A stretch of DNA of 64,000 nucleotides from NCBI RefSeq assembly GCF_963921235.1, contig NC_086097.1, positions 13,454,001 through 13,518,000 of the forward strand, written 5' to 3'. Positions 1-12,205 of this stretch are shown here, piece by piece. The stretch's first letter is position 1; every line of letters starts with the position of its first letter. The notes beneath the pieces were generated by a model that made no database searches, was not told the DNA's origin, and saw nothing but the letters and a program-made list of their open reading frames with translations. The DNA is from Mobula hypostoma (taxonomy: Eukaryota). A program made the translations under genes and the position numbers.

Positions 1-59
1 GCTCTGAATAGGTAGAGCTTATACTATCCTGCTTTCGAGAAGTTTATATATTAATTGGG

Positions 60-185
60 GAGGGGTCTTGGCCTGAGCAATCGACTGTTTATTCATTTCC
101 ATAGATGCTGCCTGACCTGCTGAGTTCCTCTAGCACTTTGTGTGCGTTGCTCTGGATTTCCAGATTCTGCAGATTTTCTAATGTT
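60..185 (+). mobile_element. Penelope-like element (PLE)-derived short repeat, decayed terminal-repeat fragment
   Basis: CCATAGATGCTGCCTGACCTGCTGAGTTCCTC..TTTGTGTG..TTTCCAG..CTGCAGA matches the terminal repeat of the PLE at 61189-61290 and many other copies in the window. Confidence 0.7.
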
Positions 186-349
186 TATTGCATATTAATT
201 TTACTGAATCATTACCCATGAAAACAGGGAACAATTTAAGTGGTTCTGCCTGTTCAGTTGTTCAGTTCATCATTGAAACACTGAATGGATTAAATTGATT
301 GTAAATGATATAGGTCACTTCATAAAGGAGGTGGCAAGGTGGCAAGGTG

Positions 350-660
350 GCATAGACCACCAGGTTCAAAGACAGTTACCTTCCCCAAGCAGTGAGGCTG
401 ATCAACACCTCCACCCACTAACTCCATCTCGCTGACACTACTTTATCATTCCCTGTCAGTCACCCGATGGACAGACATTCCTGTATCTGGTATCACTTCA
501 TGGACAATCCGTTGATGTATATAAGCTATTTTCTGTATTTATTGCATTTTTAAAATTATTATTATTGTGTTCTTTTTCTGATTGTGATATTGTGTTCCAT
601 CAGACCATTATTTTGTTCTCCTTTCCCCTTGAGCGCTGGAAATGGCATTAAAAAATCTTG
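350..660 (+). mobile_element. Rex1/Babar-type LINE 3' fragment
   Basis: Encodes a TTRFKDSY.FPQAVRLINTSTH*-like C-terminus, also seen at 32611-32814, followed by 3' UTR. Confidence 0.6.
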
Positions 661-889
661 GAAGCTTAAAATCTTTTTAAAGACAATACCAAAGACAATA
701 CTTCTACCAATATCTTACAGTGGTCACACTGCAAAATGGACATAGGTGTACTGTGATGTTAATGCTGGTCTATAATGTAACTTGTTGAGATTTTTCTGTG
801 TTATTTATAATAGTTGTAAAGGTTGGTTTGTAGCATTGTTCTGTACATGTTATGATGTTTGTCCCAAGCAGTTTACAATGATTGTGTTA

Positions 890-1153
890 TCTATTTATTC
901 ATTATTTACTGAGATACAACATGGAACAAGTCCTTCTGGCCTTTGAGCTGCACCACCCAACAACGCCCCACCCCCTGCCTAATCACAGGAATGACCAACT
1001 AACCTACCAATTAACTGTGGGAGGAAACTAGAACACCAGGAGGAAATCCATGCGGTCACAGAGAGAATGTACCATATCCTTACGGACAGCGTTGGGGATT
1101 GAACCCAAGTCACAGGTGCTGTAAAGCACTGTGCTGACCACACCGACTATGGC
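890..1153 (-). mobile_element. tRNA-derived V-SINE (HE1-like), decayed
   Basis: Reverse complement shows a tRNA-like head with GGGTTCAATCC and the V-domain-like block GGATTTCCTCCTGGTGTTCTAGTTTCCTCCCACAG. Confidence 0.65.
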
Positions 1154-1310
1154 GTGTCATTTATTATGCCTGTATCATGCCACCATTGAAGACTTTAGAT
1201 AAGTAGGTAAAAGCCTTAGATAATTTGACAGTATTGATGAGGAGAGGTTGTTCTCCCTGGCTGGAAAGTATAGAACAAGCAGTGGAAGAGTTAGGATGTG
1301 GGCAGAATCT

Positions 1311-1790
1311 CAAAGTTCAAAAGTTCGAAGTAAATTTATTATCCAAGTGCATACAGTATATGTCACTATATGCAACCCTGTAATTCATTTTCTTGTGGGT
1401 ATTCACAGTAAATACAAAAGACACAGCAGTCAATGAAGGACCACATCCATCAGAACAAACAACCAATTTGCAAAAGACAAAAAACTATGCAAATACAAAA
1501 AATAGAAACTTTAATTATGAAGAACATGAGACGCAGAATCCTTGACAGTGAGTCCATAGCGTCTGGGAACTGTTCTTGGGCTGAGTGAGGTTATCCTCAC
1601 TGGCTGAAGAACCTGATGGTTGAGGGGTAATGACTGTTCCGAACCTATTGGTGTGCGTTCAAAGGCTCTTCTACCTCCTTCCTGATGGCAGCAGCAAGAA
1701 GAGAGCATGGCCTGGACGATGGAGGTTCTTGAGAAAGCACGTTGCTTTCCTGCGAAAGCGCTCCGTGTAGATATGTGCAATGGTGGGGAG
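1311..1790 (-). mobile_element. Rex1/Babar-type LINE 3' fragment
   Basis: (AAAGTTC)n tail on the + strand; minus strand carries the HALFLLLPSGRR-type C-terminal motif in a shifted frame. Confidence 0.65.
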
Positions 1791-2059
1791 GGAATCTCAG
1801 GATAAGAATTCACCTATTTAGGATGGAGAGGCAAAGAAAATCTTTCAGTAGAGACTGCGTGTACCTTTGATATTCCCTAGTAGTGGACTGCTTCAGTATA
1901 AAATTAAAAGCTATTTCAAATCAATTTGACTGGAGCAAATGTAAACCCCACCTGGATTTGAGGGATTATACACTATCTTTTTCAACACTTAGTCAGAGCC
2001 AACCATGACATAAACAGAATAATGAGAAACATGCTGTGGATGATGTGTGTGAATACTCT

Positions 2060-2485
2060 AACAAACCCCTACAGATGTACAGATGAAAGTTATCCTGACC
2101 TGTTGCATCATAGAATGGTACCACAATATGAATATGCTGTGCATATGAAGCTGCAGAGAGCGGTGGACTCTGGCCATTTCGGACACATTCTTCCCAAACG
2201 TCGGTATGATCCAGAGGAGGTGCTGTCTCAGGAGGGTGGCATCCATCATCAAATGCACCACCATGTAGGCCATGACACCTTCTCACAGCTACCGTTAGGC
2301 TGGAGGTTCAGAAGCTGAAGTCCCCACACCACCAGCTTCAAGAACAACTACTTCACTTCAACCATTTGCTTCTTCAACACAAATCACTAAAGTTTAGCAA
2401 CACTATGACCACATTGGCTGCTTTGCACTGAATTGGAATTTTTAAAATTCTAGTTGTGTTTTTTGTGTGTTTTATTTATGTTTAA
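2060..2485 (+). mobile_element. Rex1/Babar-type LINE 3' fragment
   Basis: YRCTDES (YRCTVES motif) followed by frameshifted downstream Rex1 motifs. Confidence 0.65.
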
Positions 2486-3045
2486 TAAGACCATAAGATA
2501 TAGATGCAGAATAAGACCATTTGGCCCATCGAGTCTTCTCTGCCATTTCATCATGGCTGATCCATTTTCCCTCCTGCCTGCTCCCTGCATCCCTTCATGC
2601 CCTGACTAATCAAGAATCTATCAACCTCTGCATAAAACATGCACAATGACTTGGCCCCACAGCTGCCTGTGGTAACAAATTCCACAGATTCACCACTCTC
2701 TGGCTAAAGAAATTCCTCCTCATTTCCATTCTAAAAGATGCCCCTTTATTCTGAGGCTGTGTCCTCTGGTCTTAGACTCCCCCACCAGAGGAAGCATCCT
2801 CTCCGCATCCACTTTTTCCAGGTCTTTCAACTTTGATAGGTTTCAATAAGGTCACCCCTCATTCTTCTAAATTGCAGTAAATACAGGCCCAGAGCCATAG
2901 ATGCTTTTCATATGCCAAGCCATTTAATCCTAGAATCATTTTAGTGAACCTCCTTTGACCCCCTTGCAATGTCAGCACATCCTTTCTTAGATAAGGGGCC
3001 CAAAACTGCTCACAGTGCTCCAGTGAGACATCAGCAGTGCTTTAT
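2485..3045 (-). mobile_element. CR1 LINE 3' fragment
   Basis: ATAAGACC tail repeat and the reverse complement of the CR1 ORF2 C-terminus (FWAPYLRKD...LWN). Confidence 0.8.
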
Positions 3046-3047
3046 CT

Positions 3048-4010
3048 TTATAGACAATAGACAATAGGTGCAGGAGTATGCCATTTGGCCCTTTGAACCA
3101 GCACCACCATTCACTGTGATCATGGCTGATCATCCACAATCAGTATCCAGTTCCTACCTTATCCCCATAACCTTTGATTCCACTATCTTTAAGAGCTCTA
3201 TCCATCTCTTTCTTGAAAACATTCAGAGACTTGGCCTCCACTGCCTTCTGGGGCAGAGCATTCCATATATCCACCATTCTCTGGGTGAAAAAGTTTTTCC
3301 TCAACTCCGTTCTATATGGCCTACCCCGAATTCTTAAACTGCGGCCTCTGGTTCTGGACTCAACCATCAGCGGGAACATACTTCCTGCCTCCAGCATGTC
3401 CAATCCCTTAACAATCTTATATGTTTCAATAAGATCCCCTCTCAGCCTTCTAAATTCCAGTGTATACAAGCCCAGTCGCTCCAATTTTTCAACATATGAC
3501 AGTCCCGCCATCCCGGGAATTAACCTCGTGAACCTGCGCTGCACTCCCTCAAAAGCAAGAATGTCCTTCCTCAAAGTACTCCAGGTGTGGTCTCACCAGG
3601 GTCCTGTACAGCTGCAGAAGGACCTCTTTGCTCTTATACTTAATTCCCCTTGTTATGAAGGCCAGCATGCCATTAGCTTTCTTCACTGCCTGCTGTACCT
3701 GCATGCTTACTTTCAGTGACTGATGTACAAGAACACCTAGATCTCGTTGTACTTCACCTTTTCCCAACTTGACTCCATTTAGATAATAATCTGCCTTCCT
3801 GTTCTTACCACCAAAGTGGATAACCTCACATTTATCCACACTAAACTGCATCTGCCATGCATCCGCCCACTCACCCAGCCTGTCCAAGTCACCCTGCATT
3901 CTCATAACATCCTCCTCACATTTCACACTGCCACCCAGCTTTGTGTCATCTGCAAATTTGCTAATGTTACTTTTAATCCCTTCATCTAAATCATTAATGT
4001 ATATTATAAA
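3048..4010 (-). mobile_element. CR1 LINE, 3' part of ORF2 (RT C-terminus); interrupted at 4010 by a younger CR1
   Basis: ORFs 3549-3926 and 3140-3574 give QGDLDRLGEWADAWQMQF...LVRPHLEY...VQRRFTRLIPG...RLRGDLIETYKI; (TAGACAA)n tail. Confidence 0.92.
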
Positions 4011-5966
4011 TTAGTGGGGAAAATGAGGACTGGAAGACCTTTAAAAACTTACAGAAAGAAACTAAGAAAGTCATTAGGAAAGAAAAGATGAATTATGAAA
4101 GGAAGTTGACGATTAACATAAAAAAGGATACTAAGAGTTTTTTTAAATATATGAAGAGTAAAAGAGTGACAAGGGTAGATATGTGACCGATTGAAAATGA
4201 CGCTGGAGTAATTATAATGGATAACAAAGAGATGGCGGAGGAACTGAATGAGTATTTTGCATCAGTCTTCACAGTGGAAGACATGAGCAATGTACCTGAT
4301 AGCTAGAGGTATCAGGGAATAGAATTAGGTACAGTCAAGATAACTAGAGAGAAAGTGCTTGGGAAGCTAAGTGGACTAAGAATAGATAAGTCTCCCGGCC
4401 CGGATGAGGTGCACCCAAGGGTTCTGAAGGAGGTGGCTTTGGAGATTGTGGAAGCATCGGAAATGACCTTCCAGGAATCAATAGACTCTGGCATGGTTCC
4501 GGAGGACTGGAAGGTCGCAAATGTAGTTCCGCTATTTAAGAAAGGAAGGAGGCAGCAAAAAGAAAATTACAGACCTATTAGTCTAACATCGGTGGTTGGA
4601 AAGATATTGGAGTCAATCTTCAAGGACGAGGTTATAAAATACCTCGAGGAGCATGACAAGATAGGCCGAAGCCAGCATGGTTTCATGAAGGCAAGATCCT
4701 GCCTTACCAACTTATTAGAATTTTTTGAGGTAATCTCGAATAAGATTGACAAGGGAGAGGCTGTGGATGTTGTGTATTTGGATTTTCAAAAGGCCTTTGA
4801 TAAGGTGCCGCATATGAGGCTGCTTAATAAGATGAGAGCCCATGGAATTATAGGAAAAGTATTGAAATGGGTGGAGCATTGACTGATAGGCAGAAAGCAA
4901 AGGGTGGGAATAATGGGATCCTATTCTGATTGGTTGCTGGTTACTAGTGGTGTTCCGCAGGGGTCGGCGTTGGGGCCGCTTCTTTTTACGATGTATATCG
5001 ATGATTTGGATTATGAATTAAATGGTTTTGTGGCCAAGTTTGCGGATGACACCAAGATAGGTGGAGGAGCAGGAAATGTTGAAGAAACGGAAAGGTTGCA
5101 GAGAGACTTAGTCAGTTTAGGAGAGTGGGCAAAGAAATGGCAGATGAGATACAACATTGACAAATGTACGGTTGTACATTTCGGAAGAAGAAATAATCGG
5201 GCAGATTATTATTTAGGTGGGCAGAAAATTCAAAAATTGGAAGTGCAAAGGGACTTGGGGGTCCTCGTGCAGGATACCCTAAAGGTTAACCACCAAGTTG
5301 GATTGGCGGTAAGGAAAGCGAATGCTATGTTGGCATTCATTTCAAGAGGAATAGTGTACAAGAGTAAGGAGGTGTTGATGAGGCTCTATGGGGCATCAGT
5401 GAGACCTCATTTGGAATACTGTGTGCAGTTTTGGGCCCCCTATCTTAGAAAGGATATACTGATGTTGGAGAGAGTTCAGAGAAGATTTACGAGGATGATT
5501 CCTGGAATGCAGGGGCTAACATATGAGGAGCGTCTGTCGGCTCTTGGATTGTATCCATTAGAGTATAGAAGAATGAGAGGGGATCTCATAGAAACATTTC
5601 GAATGTTGAAAGGGTTGGACAGAGTAGATGTGGAAAGGTTGTTTCCCTTGGTGGGTGAGTCCAGGACAAAAGGCCATAGTCTTAGAATTAGAGGGTACCC
5701 AGTTAAAACAGAGATGAGGAGAAATTTATTTAGCCAGAGGTTCGTGGATTTGTGGAATTCATTGCCACATATGGCTGTGGAGGCCTGATCATTGAGGGTG
5801 TTTAAGGAGGAGATTGACAGGTATCTAATTAGTCAGGGTATCAAGGGATATGGGGAAAAAGCTGGAAATTGGAACTAGATGGGTGAATAGTTTAGCTCAT
5901 GGGGGAGCTGTGGAGCAGACTCGATGGGCCGAATGGCCTACTTCTGCTCCTTTCTCTTGTCTTGTG
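4011..5966 (+). mobile_element. 5'-truncated CR1 LINE with nearly intact ORF2 reverse transcriptase (few stops)
   Basis: ORFs 4355-4882 and 4904-5788 give KSPGPD, NYRPISLTSVVGK, YLDFQKAFDKVPH, GVPQGS, KFADDT. TCTTG tail; flanked by ATAAA direct repeat (4006-4010, 5967-5971). Confidence 0.95.
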
Positions 5967-7047
5967 ATAAACAGCTGCGGTCCCAGCACTGAACCCTGCG
6001 GTACCCCACTGGTCACTGCCTGCCATTCTGAAAGAGACCCGTTAATCGCTACTCTTTGTTTTCTGTCAGCCAGCCAATTTTCAATCCATGTCAGTACTCT
6101 GCCAGCAATACCATGTGCCCTAATTTTGCCCACTAATCTCCTATGTGGGACTTTATCAAAGGCTTTCTGAAAGTCCAAGTACATTACATCCACTGGCTCT
6201 CCCTTGTCCATTTTCATAGTTACATCCTCAAAAAATTCCAGAAGATTAGTCAAGCACGATTTCCCCTTCATAAATCCATGCTGACTCGGACCGATCCTGT
6301 TACTGCCATCCAAATGTGTCGTTATTTCAAATTGACTCCAGCATTTTTCCCATCACTAATGTCAGGCTAACCAGTCTATAATTCCCTGTTTTCTCTCTCC
6401 CTCCTTTCTTGAAAAGTGGGACCACATTAGCCACCCTCCAATCCACAGGAACTAATCCTGAATCTATAGAACATTGGAAAATGATTACCAGTGCATCCAC
6501 AATTTCTAAAGCCACCTCCTTAAGTACTCTGGGAAGCAGACCAGCAGGTCCCGGGGACTTATCAGTCTTCAGACCCAACAGTCTATCCAACACCATTTCC
6601 TGCCTAATATAAATTTCCTTCAGTTCATCCATTACCCTAGGTCCTTTGGCCACTATTATATCTGGGATATTGTTTGTGTCTTCTCTAGTGAAGACAGATC
6701 CAAAGTACCTGTTCAATTCATCTGCCATTTCCTTGTTCCCCATAATAAATTCACCCTTTTCTGTCTTCAAGGGCCCAATTTTGGTCTTAACTATTTTTTT
6801 TTCGTTTTCACATACCTAAAGAAGCTATCCTCTTTTGTATTCTTGGCTAGTTTACCTTCATACCTCATTTTTTCTCAGTATATTACCTTTTTAGTTATCT
6901 TCTGTTGCTCTTTAAATGTTTTCCAATCCTTCGGCTTCCCACTTATCTTTGCTACGTTATACTTCTTCTCTTTTATCTTTATACTGTCCTTTACTTCCCT
7001 TGTCATTCATGACCTCCCCTTACTCCCCTTAGGATCTTTCTTCCTCT
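5967..7047 (-). mobile_element. CR1 LINE, upstream part of the element at 3048-4010 (RT N-terminal half)
   Basis: ORFs 6327-6770 and 5897-6313 (KSPGP, YLDFQKAFDKVPH, GVPQGSVLGPQLF) continue directly into IYINDLDEG at 4010. Confidence 0.92.
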
Positions 7048-7440
7048 TTATAAACATTACATCCTTGCATTTATATTCTTAATTAATTTTATTAATAAAT
7101 GCTTTTTTTCTTGTCAATACTGCTTATATGATGCTATATGTCTGTGATACTGATACAAGTAATTTTTCATTGCACCTGTGCAGATGTGTACTTATGCAAA
7201 TGAAAATTAACTCAATTGATGAATTCGATGAAACACAAATTGTTGATCCAGAACAGAGAACACTCAGCCAATCACTTTCACATAGACAAAGTACTGAAAA
7301 CCCTAAATTTGCCCAGTATTTACACTGAATAGCTTATTGTAGCCCCATTATGCAACTTCTGGCGTGGAGTTCAAAATGGTTAAATCGTGAACTTCATCAC
7401 AGTGTTTGATCATTGTTCTGTGCTGTATTATATCAGGTAC

Positions 7441-7558
7441 TTTATTGTGGTCATGTCGAGTAGCTTTGCAGTAATTGCGCAATATATATACTCAAACTCG
7501 GCACACAAGGCTGGGTCCCATCGTGTTTGGGTCAGGTATCTCCAGATGTCTGTACATG
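7441..7558 (-). other. Weak candidate terminal exon (..MYRHLEIPDPNTMGPSLVCRV*)
   Basis: Minus strand shows a CTAAT branch-like motif, a CTCAG acceptor, a stop at 7492-7494 and AATAAA at 7441-7446. Sequence is unique, but no homolog is recognised. Confidence 0.15.
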
Positions 7559-7659
7559 CTGAGTTGATAAGTGCAATCAAAGCAGAGAACATTAGTCATT
7601 TCGCTACTGAGTGAATCAAGAGATCTGGTAACTATGCTACATTCAGCAAAATAGCTTTT

Positions 7660-8020
7660 ATTGCAACAAATAAGATGCTGGAGAAACTCAGTGGGTGAAG
7701 GAGCCTCTGTGGAGGAAAAAGGACAATTCACAGCTCAGGTCGAGACTCTTAACCGAGACCCTGACCCAAAACATTGACTGCCCATTCCCTCCGTATTTGC
7801 TGTCTGACTTGCTAAGTTCCAGCTTCTTAAGCAACAACCAAGCTGCTGGAAGAACTCAGCAGGTTGAGCATCATCTGTAGGAGGAAATGAATTGTTAGCG
7901 TTTTGGGTGGAACACCTGCAGTCTAATCTTTCCACCCACAGCTGCTGCCTGATTTGCTCAGTTCTTCCAGCAGTTTGGTTGTTGACCCAGATTCCAGCAC
8001 ATGGAGTCTCTTGTGCATTC
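7660..8020. mobile_element. Cluster of decayed PLE-derived repeats in inverted orientations
   Basis: Alternating GCTGGA(A/G)GAACTCAG and CTGA..TGCT.AGTTC..CCAGC motifs. Confidence 0.6.
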
Positions 8021-8149
8021 AATCTCTAGCTTTTATTGTAATTTATTATTGTTGCTTAGCACAAAAATACTGCAATTTGTATGTTGTACTCTGCTTCCAA
8101 TATTTGATTCAATTGACTTATATAAAGCCAAAGATTCGGCATTACACCT

Positions 8150-8465
8150 GAAACTTTGACAAACTTCTATAGATGTGTAGTGGAGAGTATATTGACTGGT
8201 TGCATCATGGCCTGATATGGAATCACCAATACCCTCGAACAAAATCCCCTACCAAAAGTAGTGGACACAGTCAGTCCATCATGGGTAAAGCCCTCTACAC
8301 ATTAACCACATCTACATAGAGCACTATCACAGGGAAGCAGCGTCCATCATCAAGACCCCCCCCCCCCACCCAGCCTATGCTCTCTTCTCACTGCTGCCAT
8401 TAAGAAGAAGGTGCAGGAGCCTCAGGAATCACACCGCCAGGTTCAGAAACAGTTATCACACTTCA
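8150..8465 (+). mobile_element. Rex1/Babar-type LINE fragment
   Basis: NFYRCVVESILTGCIMA-type motif and downstream ALFSLLP..RR motif. Confidence 0.7.
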
Positions 8466-9380
8466 GCTCTAAGGGGAGATGAAAGTCAGGGGTAGATTAA
8501 GCAGTAGAGGAAAGTACGGACAATGGAAGTTTTGTGGTTTTTTTCCCCCTTTAATGAAAATGTTCTCTTACTCTAACCTTGGATTTGTTTTCAATTTGCA
8601 AAAATAACCACACATTATGCCTGGCCCCATGAGCACCCTGTAAACTCAGTGGTTTCAAAGACTGATTGAGAAAGATAATTAGAACTGCACAGGGGTTCTC
8701 AGCAGGCAGAGAGAGAAGTGTGGCACTGGGTTCCTGCAGCACACTCCGGGCCTGGCCTGGCTAACTCATTCTACATGTTACATCACTGCGTCTGTTGCTT
8801 GTGAAAGAAAAATTGATTTGGCTAAAACCCTATGTGTTTAACATGGATTAACACTTGGAATGACGTAGATGATTACTTCCTGCAGATTTTCTAAAGAAAA
8901 ACAATCCAATTTCCCTCGAATGTTCTCTTTGCTGGGCAGCAGTGATAAAAATTAATCAAATATATGTGACCGAAGCCAATTCGGGGAAAAAAAGTAAATG
9001 ATTGAGTTTTATTAGTTACATAATGTACGACAATTGTGATTTTATTTTTTTGAAAAGGGAAAAGTTATAACAAATATGCACATTGAAAATTAATGTTAGA
9101 TTTACATAATTACTCAATGATTAATATGAGATATGAATTGTTTTGGCTTGTTATTTTTAGTTAACCAATGCTATGCAGGTTCAAGTAATTATTTCAATGT
9201 TGACTTTAGTATTTATCTGTCATTTACTTAAATGAGCAATCGCAGGCAATTTGATAGATAGATTCTGTGTTAAAGGTGGAATGATTGAGAAAGTAGGGAC
9301 CTGTATGGGACAGAAATCCTTTTCCCTCTGAAATCTGGTATCCAGTCTGAACTATGCTAATTGATCAAAACACCTCCAAG

Positions 9381-9776
9381 AGGACCACAACCTTGTTGTA
9401 GGATTTGGAGGCTGCGAGCCTCAATGACCCAAAGAGTTACGTTGGTTGTAGTCAGGGCTTTATGCTTTGGCTCTTGGGTGGGTCACCCATGCCAAGCAGG
9501 TCAAAGTGTAGAGGTCAGACTAAGAGTGGTGCACCAGTCTTCCAGGTTCGGGGCTAACAACCCTGACTGGTAAAAAAAATTGTTACAGGAATAGCAATGA
9601 AGAATCCTTCTATGTTTGTGTGTAATGGTATTCTTGAGTCTCCACCCAGGAATTGCATGACTGACAGCATGAAAACCAAGAAAGAGCTACAGACATGATG
9701 ATTGAAACCCTGAACACTACCAGAGATGTAGGACCTTCATAGCTGCCCTAAACACCAGTGGCATAGCAGGCAGTAA
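9381..9776 (+). mobile_element. Non-autonomous bipartite RTE-derived element
   Basis: RTE-like 5' end (GACCACAACCTTG...GGGTCACCCATGCC..CAGGTC) joined to an RTE-like 3' end (GCTGCCCTA..CACCAGTGGC...GGCAGTAA) with no ORF between. Confidence 0.5.
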
Positions 9777-10399
9777 CACACCAATCAATCTGGAAGAGGG
9801 ACCAGTGTTGGACCCCACCCCTCTGTGCTAGCCAAGATCACAGCCCTGAGCTCATCTCGTCTGCCTGCGTTTGACCCGACTCGCTACTACCATCAGACAG
9901 GAGGTGTAGTAGTCTTGGGTCCATTGCCACCAATATCAGGAACAATTGTTGCCCCAGAACCATCAGGCTCCTGGACTAGCATGGATGGTTTCACTCACCT
10001 CAGCGCTGAACTGACTCCACAGCCTGTAGAAATCCTGTGCTGTACTCTTCAATGTTCTGTGTCCTAATAAACAGTCAATATTTCAGGCTTCATCATCGAC
10101 TGTTTGTTCCTTTCCATAGACACTGCCTGTCTTTTGTGCTCCTCCAGCACTTCATTGTGTGTATTACTCTGGATTTCCAGCATCTGCAGAATCTCCTTAT
10201 GATTCACTGTATGTTTTCATGTACATTAGACAAATAAATCTGAATCTGAACTTTCCTGTGTTTTTTTTATGATCAATGAAATAGTTTTTACGTATACATA
10301 GATCATGATGAAGAGAAGTTTCCTTTGAAATCTAGATGAAGGTTCTCCACCTGAAATGGTGGCTGTCCATTTCTCTCAGCAGATGCTGCATGGCCTGTT

Positions 10400-10970
10400 A
10401 TATAACTATATAACAATTACAGCATGGAAACAGGCCATCTCGGCCCTTCTAGTCCGTGCCGAACTCTTACTCTCACCTAGTCCCACCGACCTGCACTCAG
10501 CCCATAACCCTCCATTCCTTTCCTGTCCATATAACTATCTAATTTAACTTTAAAAGACAATATCAAACCTACATCAACCACTTCTGCTGGAAGCTCGTTC
10601 CACACAGCTACCACTCTCTAAGTAAAGAAGTTCCCCCTCATGTTACCCCTAAACTTTTGCCCTTTAACTGTCAACTCATGTCCTCTTGTTTGAATCACCC
10701 CCACTCTCAATGGAAAAAACTATCCACATCAACTCTATCTATCCCTCTCATAATTTTAAATACCTCTATCAAGTCCCCCCTCAACCTTCTACTTTCCAAA
10801 GAATAAAGACCCAACTTGTTCAACCTTTCTCTGTAACTTAGGTGATGAAACCCAGGTAACATTCTAGTAAACCTTCTCTGTACTCTCTCTATTTTGTTGA
10901 CATCTTTCCTATAATTTGGTGACCAAAACTGTACACAATACTCCACATTTGGCCTTGCACAATTTCAACA
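10400..10970 (-). mobile_element. CR1 LINE 3' fragment inserted in a PLE-derived repeat
   Basis: ORF 10707-10946 EYCVQFWSPNYRKD...VQRRFTRMLPG...RLRGDLIEVFKI; PLE repeat halves on either side. Confidence 0.85.
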
Positions 10971-11814
10971 AATTAGCTGGGTTGACAAATTCTGCTGAGT
11001 TCCTCATGCACTTTGTGTGTCTTTTTTGCTTCCAATATCTGCAGTCCCTTGTGACTCTGTCTTAATTTTGCATTGTAGTAATTATCATATGGAAACGGAA
11101 AGTAGGAGAAGTCTTGATGAAGTGTCTCCCCCTGAAATGTTTCAGGACACATGCCGATGATAATAAACATGATGCTGATTCTGACTATTTCTCTCCATAG
11201 ATGCTGCTTGACCTGTTGAGTTCCTCTAGCACTGTGTGTGAATTTCCCTAAACAGCAGGAAGATTTGGCTGAACAACCTCTCCAGCCTATTTTGCCAAGC
11301 AATACTATCATGGCATATCACCTGCCTCAGGGCCACGTTCTTGCTGTTTTTCCATACCCTTGAAAGAAACTCAAGAGCTAAATTATGGATAAGAAGATCA
11401 CCTGATATTGTCCTTGCTATTTATTTTTATTTTTGCTGGAGAAGTTGCTGAGAACACTGGGGAGAATTCTCTTGCTCTTCTTTTCTAAGCTATGCCAGAA
11501 GATAGTGCAGTGTGCCTTCACTATATATGAGATGATATTTACACATCTCTGGAATGTAATAAAACTATGACCTTCAGATAGGGAGGCAAGTGCACTCTTT
11601 GTCAATTCTTGGCTAGAGCTGTTGAAAAAACTATGTCTTAAGCCAAAGACTTGCGTGAAGTAAGCAACATCACTGGTATGTGTTTGTGCATGTCTCCACG
11701 AAAGAAAGGAATAAACAAAGATCTACCTCTGCAATGAAAACAAGATCATGGCTAAAGATCCAAGACTTAATCCTGTCCGATAAATTACTGTTGACCTTAC
11801 ATCAGCTTTGCTCT

Positions 11815-12205
11815 TCATCATCTTCATCATCACGTGCTGTGTTGTAGGATGTAGGTGATCATGGTCTTTCCATGACCATCATTGTTCTTGACAATTTTTT
11901 TCTACAGAAGTGCTTTGCAATTGCCTTCTTCTGGGCAATGTTGTTACGAGACAACAAGAGTTATTAATTACTCTTCAGAGTAGGTCTGTCTGGTGTTAGT
12001 AGTTGCATAATCAGGGCTTGTGATTACACCAACTGATCATATGACCATCCACCACCTGCTCCCATGGCTTCACGTGACTCTGATCTGGTTATGGGGGGGG
12101 GGGCGGGTGTAGGGAGGGTGCTAAGCAGGTGCTACACCTTGCCCAAGGGTGACCAGCAGGTTAATAGAGGGAAGGAGCTCCTGACACTTCCTTTGGTAGA
12201 GATGA
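11815..12205 (-). mobile_element. Non-autonomous RTE-derived element with (GAT)n tail
   Basis: Minus strand has GAAGGCAATTGCAAAGCACTTC (BovB/RTE 5'UTR-like GAAGGCAATGGCAAACCAC) and a GATGATGAAGATGATG tail. Confidence 0.5.

Noticed and set aside
3174..3719. 181-aa + strand ORF, and the similar ORF at 49974-50480
   Set aside because: Antisense shadow of CR1 ORF2; it recurs only because the repeat recurs.
4355..5788. Longest ORFs taken as an active reverse transcriptase gene
   Set aside because: 5'-truncated CR1 copy lacking the endonuclease and containing in-frame stops (for example 4880-4882 and 5786-5788).
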